Of a stretch of 42,502 nucleotides of DNA, positions 1 to 13,606 are shown one piece after another. The translations under genes and the position numbers were made by a program. The DNA is from Octopus sinensis (Eukaryota), in the NCBI RefSeq assembly GCF_006345805.1, contig NW_021835344.1, positions 1-42,502 on the forward strand, written 5' to 3'. The notes beneath the pieces were generated by a model. The model was not told the DNA's origin. It searched no databases and saw only the letters and a program-made list of their open reading frames with translations. Within the stretch, counting starts at the first letter, position 1; every line of letters begins with the position of its first letter.

Positions 1-197
1 CGTGACCAGCAGATTTGGGTTGTAGGGGTTAAGTTGATTACATTGACCCAGAGCTCAACTTGCGCTTATTTTATCGACACAGAAATTATGAAAAGCAAAG
101 TCAATCTTGGCGGAATTTGAACTCAGAACGTAAAGACAGACGAAGTACTGCAAAGCATTTCTCCCGCTCTGCTAACGATTCTGCCAGCTTACCGCCT
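1..197 (+). mobile_element. SINE 3' portion (octopus-type)
   Basis: gattacattgaccca...cttattttatcgac...aaagtcaatcttggcggaatttgaactcagaacgtaaagac...ctgccagcttaccgcc; homologous to copies at ~1800, 2010, 21415 and 26700. Confidence 0.75.
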
Positions 198-859
198 AAT
201 TTAAGGATTAATAGTGATAAGTTTTCATAATGGTCTAATGAGAAATTGAAATCATCACATCACTAAATGCATATGAAAATCTATTCAATTTGACAGTGCC
301 ATAATAACATTTGAGAGAAGTAAATTGCTTATATTCTATGACAAACAGATATGTAGGGTATGTCATTGAATATTGAAGATTCTACAACCACCGCTCCAAC
401 GTAATGTAATGCAAAGAGGTATGTACCAGTAATATCCCTGTTGTTTTTCTGCTTCTCTCTCTACTCAGCCTGTCTGCAGAATGTTTACGAAAACGTGCTT
501 TTAACGATATTACAATAATGAACTCAACTCTCCAAAGTAATAAATTCTTTCAAAACGTTTCCATAAATGAGTCAAATGATTTGCCGTTGAACGAGATGGA
601 CACATTCCTGGAGGACTCAAACGGGAGAATAGGTTGCATTACCTTTGAAAAATCATTGTAATTACAAACACACACACACACACAGGACAGTCATAATGGA
701 ACAGACATAGAAAGACATACACATACACACTCACCCCACCCCCACCCCCACCAGAGTGGTCGTATTTAAACAGACAGAAAGTCACTCACAAAAATTACTT
801 TTCTCATCCTGCTACTTCTACTACTGTAAAAGTCATTTAAAAATAATTTGCTCGCTCAC

Positions 860-1000
860 CATCATCAATGCCTTTGCTCTGTTCTGCATTGTAACATTGA
901 GACATGTCTGGTTCTTGCCAGATACCAGTAAACGGTGAACACTTTGTGATAACAGGTTTTGACTTGATGCATTTCTGGATGCCCCATCGTTCTGGAAGAA
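860..1000 (-). CDS. Exon: C-terminal half of HRM domain ([10 protein letters not shown]...[frameshift]...[27 protein letters not shown])
   Basis: Acceptor ttattttttcag and candidate donor gtgagc. GxWxxPDxSxC is the classic HRM ending. The length is 141 nt, but phase 2 to phase 1 needs 3n+2, so the phase-2 entry frame is one base off the CSPF frame. Confidence 0.75.
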
Positions 1001-4000
1001 CTGAAAAAATAAATGTTAAATATTGTCAGTCGAGTTTATTCATTCTGAGGAGAATTTCATCAGTCTCAGAGGAATATAAGAAACCTTCGAACTGGTCGTG
1101 ATTTGAACTCATAATTTAGTGACAGAAGGATAAATGGTGTCTTGCATTTGGGGGAGAAATCTATTATTTACTCCTGACCCCTATCCTCAAAACTAATGTC
1201 AAATATTTTCTAACTAGAGTTCAGATATAAAAACAATATTCCTGCATCTGTTTTTAATTACAATAATTTCTTGTTTTTATGATTATTCAATACAAGATTA
1301 GTTGGAACGGTGTAGGTGATGCAGAATTAAGGAGCCAAGTTGTTAGTTCAAGTTGAATGGGGGAATTAGTGCTAATATTCGCCACCATAGACATCAGTAG
1401 CAACAGCGGCAGCAATGGATTTATGTATATTTTCCTACATATGCACAGATTTGAGTGATTCCACCAGTTGGTCTTGTCTTAAAACTAATAAAGCTCAGCC
1501 TCTGGGAGGAACAATTTAGATGCTTAACCTGTGGAATGACGTGGTAGAAATGAGAGAAGAGAGACCGTGTTACATAGTCTGTGATGAGTGAAATCCCAGG
1601 ATGACCATCATGTACTAGCAAGATATATAGCTCTACAGTAATCATAAAATTGAATAAATAGTATTAGCCTGAAACCAACAGAATCACTGATAGATTCTAT
1701 TGGCTGTATCTAGGTATGTGCTTTCTTTGCTACAATTATTTTGTGAAATTCTGGAACTTACAAGAATCTTTAAATCTTTGAATAATGCAGATTTCAAATT
1801 TTGGCTGCTATTTTGGGCGGGGGTAGTTCGATTACATAGACCCCAGTGGTACTTATTTTATCGATCCCGTAAGGGTAAAAGACAAAGTCGACCCTGGTGG
1901 CATTTGATCTCAGAATGTAAAGTCAGAAGAAATGCTGCTAAGCATTTTGTCCGGCATGGTAACGGTTCCGCTAGCTCTCTACCATAAAGCCTTGTCTAAT
2001 ATTGGTTTCAAATTTTGGCACAAGGCCAGCAATTTCAGGGGAAGGGATAAGTCGTTTACACCAACCCCAGTGCTCAATTGGTATTTATTTCATCGAACCG
2101 AAAAAATTAAAGGCAAAGTCGACCTTGGCGGAATTTGAACTCAGAACATAAAAACGAATGAAATGAAAGCTTTGTATAATATTGGCGACAAAGCAAACCT
2201 AGATAGTTAGGACAAGGCTAAATTATATCAAATAATGTATAAAATGTAAAAATGCTGGGACAAGAGATTGCAACCGATGGACGTTTAATTCTATCTTGTT
2301 AATCTATAAAGCTGTTATCTGCTCTACCAAGTAACATTCTCTCACAATAGGATGACGCTGAAAGCTTCAAATTTTGAGTAGAAATAAATCAATACAAACG
2401 AACCAATGCCTGGTGGCTACATTTCCATGACACGGGATCTCCGCAGTAGTTCCTATTTTTGTCATTGGCCAAGAGAAAGGTCGATTGTTAGTTGATGTTG
2501 TGCTTTCATCACAAACCACTGAAAAAGAAGCAAAATATGGACATGAAAGAAGTCAGTAGTAGTAGTAGTAGTAGTGGTAGTAGCAGCAGCAGCAGTTAAT
2601 GTTGGAAATAAATTGTTTGGACCACCTGCTGGCTGATTTGTGGACAATGATACATGAAGTGTTGCAAACATATACGGAGAGCATATATATTTATTCAAAA
2701 TAGACAGATTTCTAGTTTTTCATTTAGTAGTTTGTAAAGAGATAAATGATTTAGAAATGAATTACAATCCCTTACAACACAAGGACCCCCACCCCAACCA
2801 GGCTCCATGCAATTCTTGGAAGTGTAGTCTATTCTTAACTAAAATGGCGACAATATGATTTTCTCCATATTCTTGCTCTGTTCAAATATTTGAGAAAAAT
2901 TACATTAAAGTGTCCTACTTATTAAAATTCTAATTCATTATTTATGCAGCTGAAGATGGCATTGCATTTAAATTGATGTAATTTTTGTATTGTTCAATTA
3001 AATTTAGCCGATTGAAACTGCATAACTACTTGATATTCTGTAGATTATATATATATATATATTCTTATATATATATTTTCTTATATATTCTTAAAAAACA
3101 ATAAATAAAATAGAAATAGAGGTGTGTGCATATGTATATATATATATATATTTTATATTTTCTCGAGCAATATATAACTGGTTACGGGATATGACTACTC
3201 AGAATGCTAGTCTGTTTCGCGGCCTCTAGTGTTGAATTTCGTCAATATATTGATCACTCTTTAGACATACTGACCGGAAGCGCAAAACCTAATGTACGCT
3301 AGAAATGGGTAGATGTTATATTGATTTGGCGATGGTAAAATGAAATGAATGGAAACGAAGTGAAAATATATCCTTTTCCGGCAATGGGATATGATTTGTT
3401 CCTCTCTTATATCCCTTAGACACTGTTTAAATCGTATGAGCTGTGTGTGTATCTATCGATCCTAATGTAAAATTAACTTGATCACTTCGTACGAAATGAA
3501 TTTTCGCTGAGGAAAATTATTTGCAGCACTAAATAGTTTTCCTGTTTGAATTAAAGCAATTACTGGAATTGTTTGAATTTTTCTGCCCATTAGAGTCTGC
3601 ATCTTCTACTTCTATACAAAATTAGAAGAAAACATTTTTGCCCTCGGTTAATTGGTATAATTAAAAAGAAACTGAGCAAAGACAAACAGTTCCGTAGGGA
3701 CAAGAAACGGAAAAGCGCAAAATAAAATGCTTTTTTTTAAAATTATCCAAGCGTTGAGAAAATGTAAATAAATAGCTGTGTGTGAGAGAGAGAGAGGGGG
3801 AGAGAGTCTGTGTGCTTTGTATCATCTACTGTGGTTGATGACGACAACGACGAAGAGGTTGGTGATTGATGAAGCTAATTATGACGGTAATGATGATAAA
3901 ATTAATAAGAAACACGATACTTACTTTCATCAAGAAATTTCATGTGGCTTTTCTTAACTCCTAAGTTAAGAAATGCCTGGGATTTGTTCAAAGTTTCGGA

Positions 4001-4163
4001 GATATTGTGCCGCAGTTGACTTTCAGTCATTTCGCTAAATACTGTACAGTAAATAGCAAATATTTTATTTCTGTTTGAGCTGAAATAAAAAATAAATACA
4101 TACATGTATGTCGGTATGTATGTATGTATGTAGCTAGCTAGCTAGCTAGAAATATACATACAT

Positions 4164-4202
<39 letters not shown>

Positions 4203-7200
4203 CAACAATTGAGGGCAAAATTAATTAATTATTAATCAATTTCACCAAGTGTTCAGTATGCAAAGGGACCATTCAAGGCGAATTCAAATTATTACATTAT
4301 ATAAAAGGGCTTAGTAAAATAAATTACTTTGCCGCATACTGAACTCATTAGAAATAGCAGCTAAAAAACTTTTTTAAAGCTATTTCTAATACTTAAAGAA
4401 AATCTCTCTCATATATAGTGTTTGCTTAATTCAACTCACAAAAGTTTGGGGGTAAGGACATCGAAAAATCAAATGCTAAGGTTATTTGAGAACGTACGTT
4501 TCAAGATTAGTCAAAAACAACACTTCTATCATCAGCTCAGAAATTCCTTGGTTTGGATTTGGAAACACTGAAAATAAGAACATACCCTTTCGAAGATCTG
4601 CTCGTAACTAACAGTATCAACAAATGCAAATAAGCAAGCGAAGAATCTCTGTTCTCCCCTTTCCACCAGCGTGGGTTAAAAACATCAAACACTATGCTTA
4701 TTTCGGTAAAATCCGAAGCATTAATCAGAGGGAGATTAATTATAATTTCAACAATTGAGGGCAAAATTAATTAATTATTAATCAATTTCACCAAGTGTTC
4801 AGTATGCAAAGGGACCATTCAAGGCGAATTCAAATTATTACATTATATAAAAGGGCTTAGTAAAATAAATTACTTTGCCGCATACTGAACTCATTAGAAA
4901 TAGCAGCTAAAAAACTTTTTTAAAGCTATTTCTAATACTTAAAGAAAATCTCTCTCATATATAGTGTTTGCTTAATTCAACTCACAAAAGTTTGGGGGTA
5001 AGGACATCGAAAAATCAAATGCTAAGGTTATTTGAGAACGTACGTTTCAAGATTAGTCAAAAACAACACTTCTATCATCAGCTCAGAAATTCCTTGGTTT
5101 GGATTTGGAAACACTGAAAATAAGAACATACCCTTTCGAAGATCTGCTCGTAACTAACAGTATCAACAAATTCAAATAAGCAAGCGAAGAATCTCTGTTC
5201 TCCCCCCTTTCCACCAGCGTGGGTTAAAAACATCAACACTATGCTTATTTCGGTAAAATCCGAAGCATTAATCAGAGGGAGATTAATTATAATTTCAACA
5301 ATTGAGGGCAAAATTAATTAATTATTAATCAATTTCACCAAGTGTTCAGTATGCAAAGGGACCATTCAAGGCGAATTCAAATTATTACATTATATAAAAG
5401 GGCTTAGTAAAATAAATTACTTTGCCGCATACTGAACTCATTAGAAATAGCAGCTAAAAAACTTATTTAAAGCTATTTCTAATACTTAAAGAAAATCTCT
5501 CTCATATATAGTGTTTGCTTAATTCAACTCACAAAAGTTTGGGGGTAAGGACATCGAAAAATCAAATGCTAAGGTTATTTGAGAACGTACGTTTCAAGAT
5601 TAGTCAAAAACAACACTTCTATCATCAGCTCAGAAATTCCTTGGTTTGGATTTGGAAACACTGAAAATAAGAACATACCCTTTCGAAGATCTGCTCGTAA
5701 CTAACAGTATCAACAATTCAAATAAGCAAGCGAAGAATCTCTGTTCTCCCCTTTCCACCAGCGTGGGTTAAAAACATCAAACACTATGCTTATTTCGGTA
5801 AAATCCGAAGCATTAATCAGAGGGAGATTAATTATAATTTCAACAATTGAGGGCAAAATTAATTAATTATTATCAATTTCACCAAGTGTTCAGTATGCAA
5901 AGGGACCATTCAAGGCGAATTCAAATTATTACATTATATAAAAGGGCTGAGTAAAATAAATTACTTTGCCGCATACTGAACTCATTAGAAATAGCAGCTA
6001 AAAAACTTTTTTAAAGCTATTTCTAATACTTAAGAAAATCTCTCTCATATATAGTGTTTGCTTAATTCAACTCACAAAAGTTTGGGGGTAAGGACATCGA
6101 AAAATCAAATGCTAAGGTTATTTGAGAACGTACGTTTCAAGATTAGTCAAAAACAACACTTCTATCATCAGCTCAGAAATTCCTTGGTTTGGATTTGGAA
6201 ACACTGAAAATAAGAACATACCCTTTCGAAGATCTGCTCGTAACTAACAGTATCAACAAATGCAAATAAGCAAGCGAAGAATCTCTGTTCTCCCCTTTCC
6301 ACCAGCGTGGGTTAAAAACATCAAACACTATGCTTATTTCGGTAAAATCCGAAGCATTAATCAGAGGGAGATTAATTATAATTTCAACAATTGAGGGCAA
6401 AATTAATTAATTATTAATCAATTTCACCAAGTGTTCAGTATGCAAAGGGACCATTCAAGGCGAATTCAAATTATTACATTATATAAAAGGGCTTAGTAAA
6501 ATAAATTACTTTGCCGCATACTGAACTCATTAGAAATAGCAGCTAAAAAACTTTTTTAAAGCTATTCTAATACTTAAAGAAAATCTCTCTCATATATAGT
6601 GTTTGCTTAATTCAACTCACAAAAGTTTGGGGGTAAGGACATCGAAAAATCAAATGCTAAGGTTATTTGAGAACGTACGTTTCAAGATTAGTCAAAAACA
6701 ACACTTCTATCATCAGCTCAGAAATTCCTTGGTTTGGATTTGGAAACACTGAAAATAAGAACATACCCTTTCGAAGATCTGCTCGTAACTAACAGTATCA
6801 ACAAATTCAAATAAGCAAGCGAAGAATCTCTGTTCTCCCCTTTCCACCAGCGTGGGTTAAAAACATCAAACACTATGCTTATTTCGGTAAAATCCGAAGC
6901 ATTAATCAGAGGGAGATTAATTATAATTTCAACAATTGAGGGCAAAATTAATTAATCAAGAACAGAGATTCTTCGCTTGCTTATTTGAATTTGTTGATAC
7001 TGTTAGTTACGAGCAGATCTTCGAAAGGGTATGTTCTTATTTTCAGTGTTTCCAAATCCAAACCAAGGAATTTCTGAGCTGATGATAGAAGTGTTGTTTT
7101 TGACTAATCTTGAAACGTACGTTCTCAAATAACCTTAGCATTTGATTTTTCGATGTCCTTACCCCCAAACTTTTGTGAGTTGAATTAAGCAAACACTATA

Positions 7201-8968
7201 TATGAGAGAGATTTTCTTTAAGTATTAGAAATAGCTTTAAAAAAGTTTTTTAGCTGCTATTTCTAATGAGTTCAGTATGCGGCAAAGTAATTTATTTTAC
7301 TAAGCCCTTTTATATAATGTAATAATTTGAATTCGCCTTGAATGGTCCCTTTGCATACTGAACACTTGGTGAAATTGATTAATAATTAATTAATTTTGCC
7401 CTCAATTGTTGAAATTATAATTAATCTCCCTCTGATTAATGCTTCGGATTTTACCGAAATAAGCATAGTGTTTGATGTTTTTAACCCACGCTGGTGGAAA
7501 GGGGAGAACAGAGATTCTTCGCTTGCTTATTTGCATTTGTTGATACTGTTAGTTACGAGCAGATCTTCGAAAGGGTATGTTCTTATTTTCAGTGTTTCCA
7601 AATCCAAACCAAGGAATTTCTGAGCTGATGATAGAAGTGTTGTTTTTGACTAATCTTGAAACGTACGTTCTCAAATAACCTTAGCATTTGATTTTTCGAT
7701 GTCCTTACCCCCAAACTTTTGTGAGTTGAATTAAGCAAACACTATATATGAGAGAGATTTTCTTTAAGTATTAGAAATAGCTTTAAAAAAGTTTTTTAGC
7801 TGCTATTTCTAATGAGTTCAGTATGCGGCAAAGTAATTTATTTTACTCAGCCCTTTTATATAATGTAATAATTTGAATTCGCCTTGAATGGTCCCTTTGC
7901 ATACTGAACACTTGGTGAAATTGATTAATAATTAATTAATTTTGCCCTCAATTGTTGAAATTATAATTAATCTCCCTCTGATTAATGCTTCGGATTTTAC
8001 CGAAATAAGCATAGTGTTTGATGTTTTTAACCCACGCTGGTGGAAAGGGGAGAACAGAGATTCTTCGCTTGCTTATTTGAATTTGTTGATACTGTTAGTT
8101 ACGAGCAGATCTTCGAAAGGGTATGTTCTTATTTTCAGTGTTTCCAATCCAAACCAAGGAATTTCTGAGCTGATGATAGAAGTGTTGTTTTTGACTAATC
8201 TTGAAACGTACGTTCTCAAATAACCTTAGCATTTGATTTTTCGATGTCCTTACCCCCAAACTTTTGTGAGTTGAATTAAGCAAACACTATATATGAGAGA
8301 GATTTTCTTTAAGTATTAGAAATAGCTTTAAAAAAGTTTTTTAGCTGCTATTTCTAATGAGTTCAGTATGCGGCAAAGTAATTTATTTTACTAAGCCCTT
8401 TTATATAATGTAATAATTTGAATTCGCCTTGAATGGTCCCTTTGCATACTGAACACTTGGTGAAATTGATTAATAATTAATTAATTTTGCCCTCAATTGT
8501 TGTTGAAATTATAATTAATCTCCCTCTGATTAATGCTTCGGATTTTACCGAAATAAGCATAGTGTTTGATGTTTTTAACCCACGCTGGTGGAAAGGGGAG
8601 AACAGAGATTCTTCGCTTGCTTATTTGAATTTGTTGATACTGTTAGTTACGAGCAGATCTTCGAAAGGGTATGTTCTTATTTTCAGTGTTTCCAAATCCA
8701 AACCAAGGAATTTCTGAGCTGATGATAGAAGTGTTGTTTTTGACTAATCTTGAAACGTACGTTCTCAAATACCTTAGCATTTGATTTTTCGATGTCCTTA
8801 CCCCCAAACTTTTGTGAGTTGAATTAAGCAAACACTATATATGAGAGAGATTTTCTTTAAGTATTAGAAATAGCTTTAAAAAAGTTTTTTAGCTGCTATT
8901 TCTAATGAGTTCAGTATGCGGCAAAGTAATTTATTTTACTAAGCCCTTTTATATAATGTAATTATATA

Positions 8969-9014
<46 letters not shown>

Positions 9015-10207
9015 CATTCGTTTAAAAGCTGCCCTGTTAATCCTTGGGTCCAACAATGACACCATGCATTGAGTACATATTAAGTTTCATGAAACATGAA
9101 TATTTCTCAAGCAATGAACAATTTTCATCAAAGCAATGATATAATTTGTCGACTCGGAACTTATTGCAAAGCTTCATGATAAACAACAGTACCACCACCA
9201 TCGCCACCATATCTGCAATACACACGCCATCCAGACTTCTGACGCCATCACCATCAATACTTTTCATCACGTTCACCTCCACCACCATCACCACTGTCTT
9301 TCACATCGCTTTCTATCAGTATATTCAAACATAGCTTAGGATTGGATCATCATAGCTAAAATAACCGCATTCAGTATGGTTGAGAACAGAATTAGTTAAG
9401 AAGGCTCGAACTACAAGCGGGTGACTAAAAGTTGGTCTTAAGAATATATTCGTCCAATGCACATGAAGGTCTTCGCTCCCTGCATAAATCTTTAAATACA
9501 CTTCATATATATATATATATATATAATTACCTGGTTGGTTTTAAAATGTGTGTTAGCTACCTTCAATATTTTATAATCTTCACATTGCCATTTTGTGAAA
9601 TCAGTCCCTAATTCCTATGGCATTCTCAATGATACTGAGTGAGCATTGCTGATGAGTATTAACTTCCTATAAGAGATTACCATGCTAATCTAATCCATCT
9701 GGCTTACCGTGGGGAATGTTCTCCCCACTGTCAATGCAAACAGACCATATGTCTTTTTGTGGCTCAGGAGTCTATGACTAATATTTCTAATAATGCTGGT
9801 GCTCACTGCACTCTTTTCACACTTAGTGACTGTGAATTATTTCCTTGTTGGTTTCAAATTGCCGATAGCCACCACAAATTATATATACACACCCATATAT
9901 ATGTGTGTATATATATGTGTGTATATATATATGTGTGATGTATATGTATGTATATATATATACATATATATACAGCAATTTAATAAATAAAACATATGCA
10001 TACATACATACATATATGTACATACCTACATCTATACGTATATATACATATATATATGAGTACAGGATACCACAAATAAACGTAGAACACAACGAGAAAC
10101 GAAAACAAAATCAAACAAGGAAACGGACTTTTTCCAACAACGAAAAACAGGACAAACAATACAAGGAAAATTCCCTTCTTCAGCTGGCCCTGTTTCGACT
10201 CAATGCG

Positions 10208-10286
<79 letters not shown>

Positions 10287-11124
10287 TTCTCTCTGTATCT
10301 TTATATGGGTTTGTTTGTCCTTTGTATAATAAAACATGGATAAAACACTTAAACATTTCATTGAATGTATGAATTAATATATTCTGGGTCACAAGTACAA
10401 CACTGTTGATTATTGTGACGTATAATACATGCGATAAAATCGAATGTTTGGAACAAAAGCAAATAAATTTGAATAAATGTGTTAGAAGCATTTGCTTACC
10501 CACAGTCTTCAACTCTAAATGTTCCCGTCACGGTTGAAAGGTCATGCTCAATCTGAAAAAGCCGGATGTGTATATATATATATATATATATACATTAAAT
10601 TCAAGAAACAAAGCTTGATTTAAAAGCGTTGAGATGTATTGAAAAATAAAGAAATAATTTTATTCTGAAACGCAGGATAATGCTAATGATATAACGTGAA
10701 CCGCATGAAATATCCATAATTTGCAGATAAATCTGTCGTCAGCCAGCTATGTGACTACACCTCACACCCCTGTGATTACGCTTCAAGTGCTTTACCATTA
10801 AGCTAAACTGCGCGAACGACAAATACTTCTGCAAAGTTAGGCTATATACATCTAGCTTTATAAGACGCGTAATCTGGCCGCCGACAGAGTTTTCGGCAAC
10901 AGGTGAATACTTTATCCTGTTCATGCTATACTATTAGCATTATCCTGCGTTTGAGAATATAATTATGTATAAATATATTAGCTTGACACTCGGTAAAGTG
11001 GGGGAAATGAGAGGGTTTTTAATGTTCCGAGCATATCTCTTTTTCAGAAAGGAAAACGAAAATGTTGAGAAGAAAAATATTACCAAAAGGAAGTGTGTGA
11101 TTACATATGTTCTTATGTGTGTGT

Positions 11125-11156
<32 letters not shown>

Positions 11157-12879
11157 TTGTGTGTGTCTGTGTCTGTGTGTGTGTAAACACAAGATTAGTG
11201 AATATTTGAGTAGGATTTTATTTACTGTCAGAATCGGAAATTATAAGACGGAATATATAAAGACAAAATAGTGGATAGAACAGTCTTTTTATTGACCAGC
11301 AAAAATTCAGTAAGTTAAAAAAGAAAGTTTTATGTAATAGTTTACTATCAGTAAATGGAGTTGAATGTCTGAATTTCATGAAACCTCACTATTTAGTTGA
11401 CGTTTCACATTTCTTCTATAAAATATGCATGTGTGTGTGTGTGTGTGCGTGAGAGTGTGTATGTGTATGCAGGAGTGCGCATGTTCAGTGCATATGTGTG
11501 CGCGCACGCGCGTCTGTGTACGGAGAAAGAGAGAGAGAGGGCAGATATCTACTCACGGCTCTTGATATGTTCTCAGCGGGGATTTTATATTCGTTGAACT
11601 TTTTAAAAATCAAACGAAATACGAAGGATTTGGTCCAGCCTATGGATTGATATAGAAAATAATCGCTGCGTTTATAAATGAGACACACGTCATAGATGCA
11701 CATAAAACCCACATACATAGATAAAAATATACATTCATAATCACATATACACTTAAAATACTATATATATATATATATTATTCTTATCTACCTATTATAT
11801 ACGTTTTTATTATTATTATTATTTGCAATTTACTTAAGCATTGACATTTAATTGTTATTTAATTTTTATATTTCTATTATATGTAATTTTCTAGATGGTG
11901 TAATTTAATTGTTCATTTTGAATTGATAAAAAGTGTTTTTTTTATTTTTATTTTTTATATATATCTTATAATGTGTGAAATTTGATTTAGTATTTCTAAA
12001 TTTAATTTTTCCCTTGTAAGTTTGGATTTTATTCACTCAAATAATAATTATTATATATATATATATTCACTCTCCTACAGAAACACTTCCCCACCCAACA
12101 TAAGTACTACACTATCCTAAATAAGAACACTATTAGACTCTCCTACTCTACCACGCCCAATCTAGCCAGGAACCTAGCCAACAACAATGTGAAAAAACTT
12201 AACATACCTACTTTTTCCGAGGCCCATCCAACGTCCGATAGCAATTGCAACTGCCCTGATAAAACTACCTGCCCCCTCAACAACAAATGCCTACAGAGGG
12301 ACCTAGTATATACATGCGAGGTAAGATCAGGCCCTGACGATAAAAGAAAATCCTACATAGGAATGACGTCAAACAGCTTTAAGACCCTTGGTACGCACAC
12401 ACACACTCGTTCCGGCGACAGGATAAATCCAACCAAACTACCCTCGACGCCCACATCTGGTACCTTAAAAGGAATTTCATCCCTTCAAGACCAAGTGGAA
12501 ACTACTACAGAAGGCGCGCTCGTACACAGGAGGCCATACCTGCTGTGACCTCTGCATATCGGAGAGCCTAGAGATCTTGTTCGCCAAGGCCCTCTCCTTA
12601 ACAAAATCTCAGAACACTCCCCAAATTGTATGCATAAGAAGTATGCGAACTACAAGAACTATAGACCTACCCGGCAACCAGATTGATGACACCCCACCCA
12701 CAAACCCCCCCAATCCACCGTTCCCCTAGCACCCCCGATTACCTTTTCCTAAGACCTTTCACATATTGTATGTGCACGCTTGTAGATGTGTATCGTATAT
12801 ATGTATAGAAATGTATGGGTATAGTAGGATTATACGCATGTATTATGTGTGTGTGTGCGTGTATGTATGTAAAAAAATA

Positions 12880-12936
<57 letters not shown>

Positions 12937-13439
12937 GCGTGTGTGTGTGTGTGTGTGTGTAATATGTATAGATGTATGTATGTATATATGTATATTTGTG
13001 TGTATGCATTTGTATGTGTATATGTATGTGTGTATGTATATATATGTGTGTAAGTGTGTGTATATATGTAAATGTAAGTGTGTGTGCTTGTATGAGAATG
13101 TATGTATGTTTGCACATGTTATATATGTGTGTGTATGTGTGTGTGTATGTATATATGGTGTATATAATATATTATATGTATACATATATATATAATATAT
13201 ATGTGTATATATATGTGTATGTATATATATGTGTATGTGAGTGGGTGTGTATACATGTGTGTATGTGTATGTATGTATGTATATATATGCGTGTGCATGG
13301 GTATATGTATATGTACATATGCGCGTACGCTCGTGTGTTTATGTATGTGTAGGTACGTAGAGTTATCTATGTGTGTATTTATATGTACATGTGTAAGTAT
13401 GTGTAATATTGTATGTATGTGTATGTATATGTATGTGTA

Positions 13440-13504
<65 letters not shown>

Positions 13505-13572
13505 GTGTATGTGTATATGTAGGTGTATGTGTGTATGTATATATTTATATATATGTGTGTGTTATATGTATG

Positions 13573-13606
<34 letters not shown>

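Larger units (their letters stand above)
4195..8961. repeat. ~546-bp tandem array: 5 full direct units plus a stub (4195-6959), then ~3.7 inverted units (6960-8961); both outer ends abut (TA)n
   Basis: Unit starts (tataatttcaacaattgagg) at ~4195, 4741, 5288, 5833, 6377 and 6922. Reverse-complement copies follow from 6960. Units differ only by a few substitutions and 1-3 nt indels. Confidence 0.97.

Noticed and set aside
3195-3255. TTGACGA...GAAAC on the minus strand as a degenerate hammerhead
   Set aside because: The core C is missing and there is no supportable stem II, stem III or cleavage triplet.
4537-8717. Repeated 75-aa [15 protein letters not shown]... in each satellite unit
   Set aside because: Starts at TTG, is broken by indels in several copies, has no recognisable domain, and its stop codon falls in the ribozyme stem I arm. 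It is a by-product of the repeat.
4195-8961. CRISPR-like or tRNA/rRNA array interpretation
   Set aside because: Units are identical along their whole length with no unique spacers, and there are no tRNA or rRNA features; the context is eukaryotic.
10140-10205. CTGAAGA and GAAAC on the minus strand as a second hammerhead
   Set aside because: The motifs are in the wrong order and spacing, and no stem III with UH can be formed.
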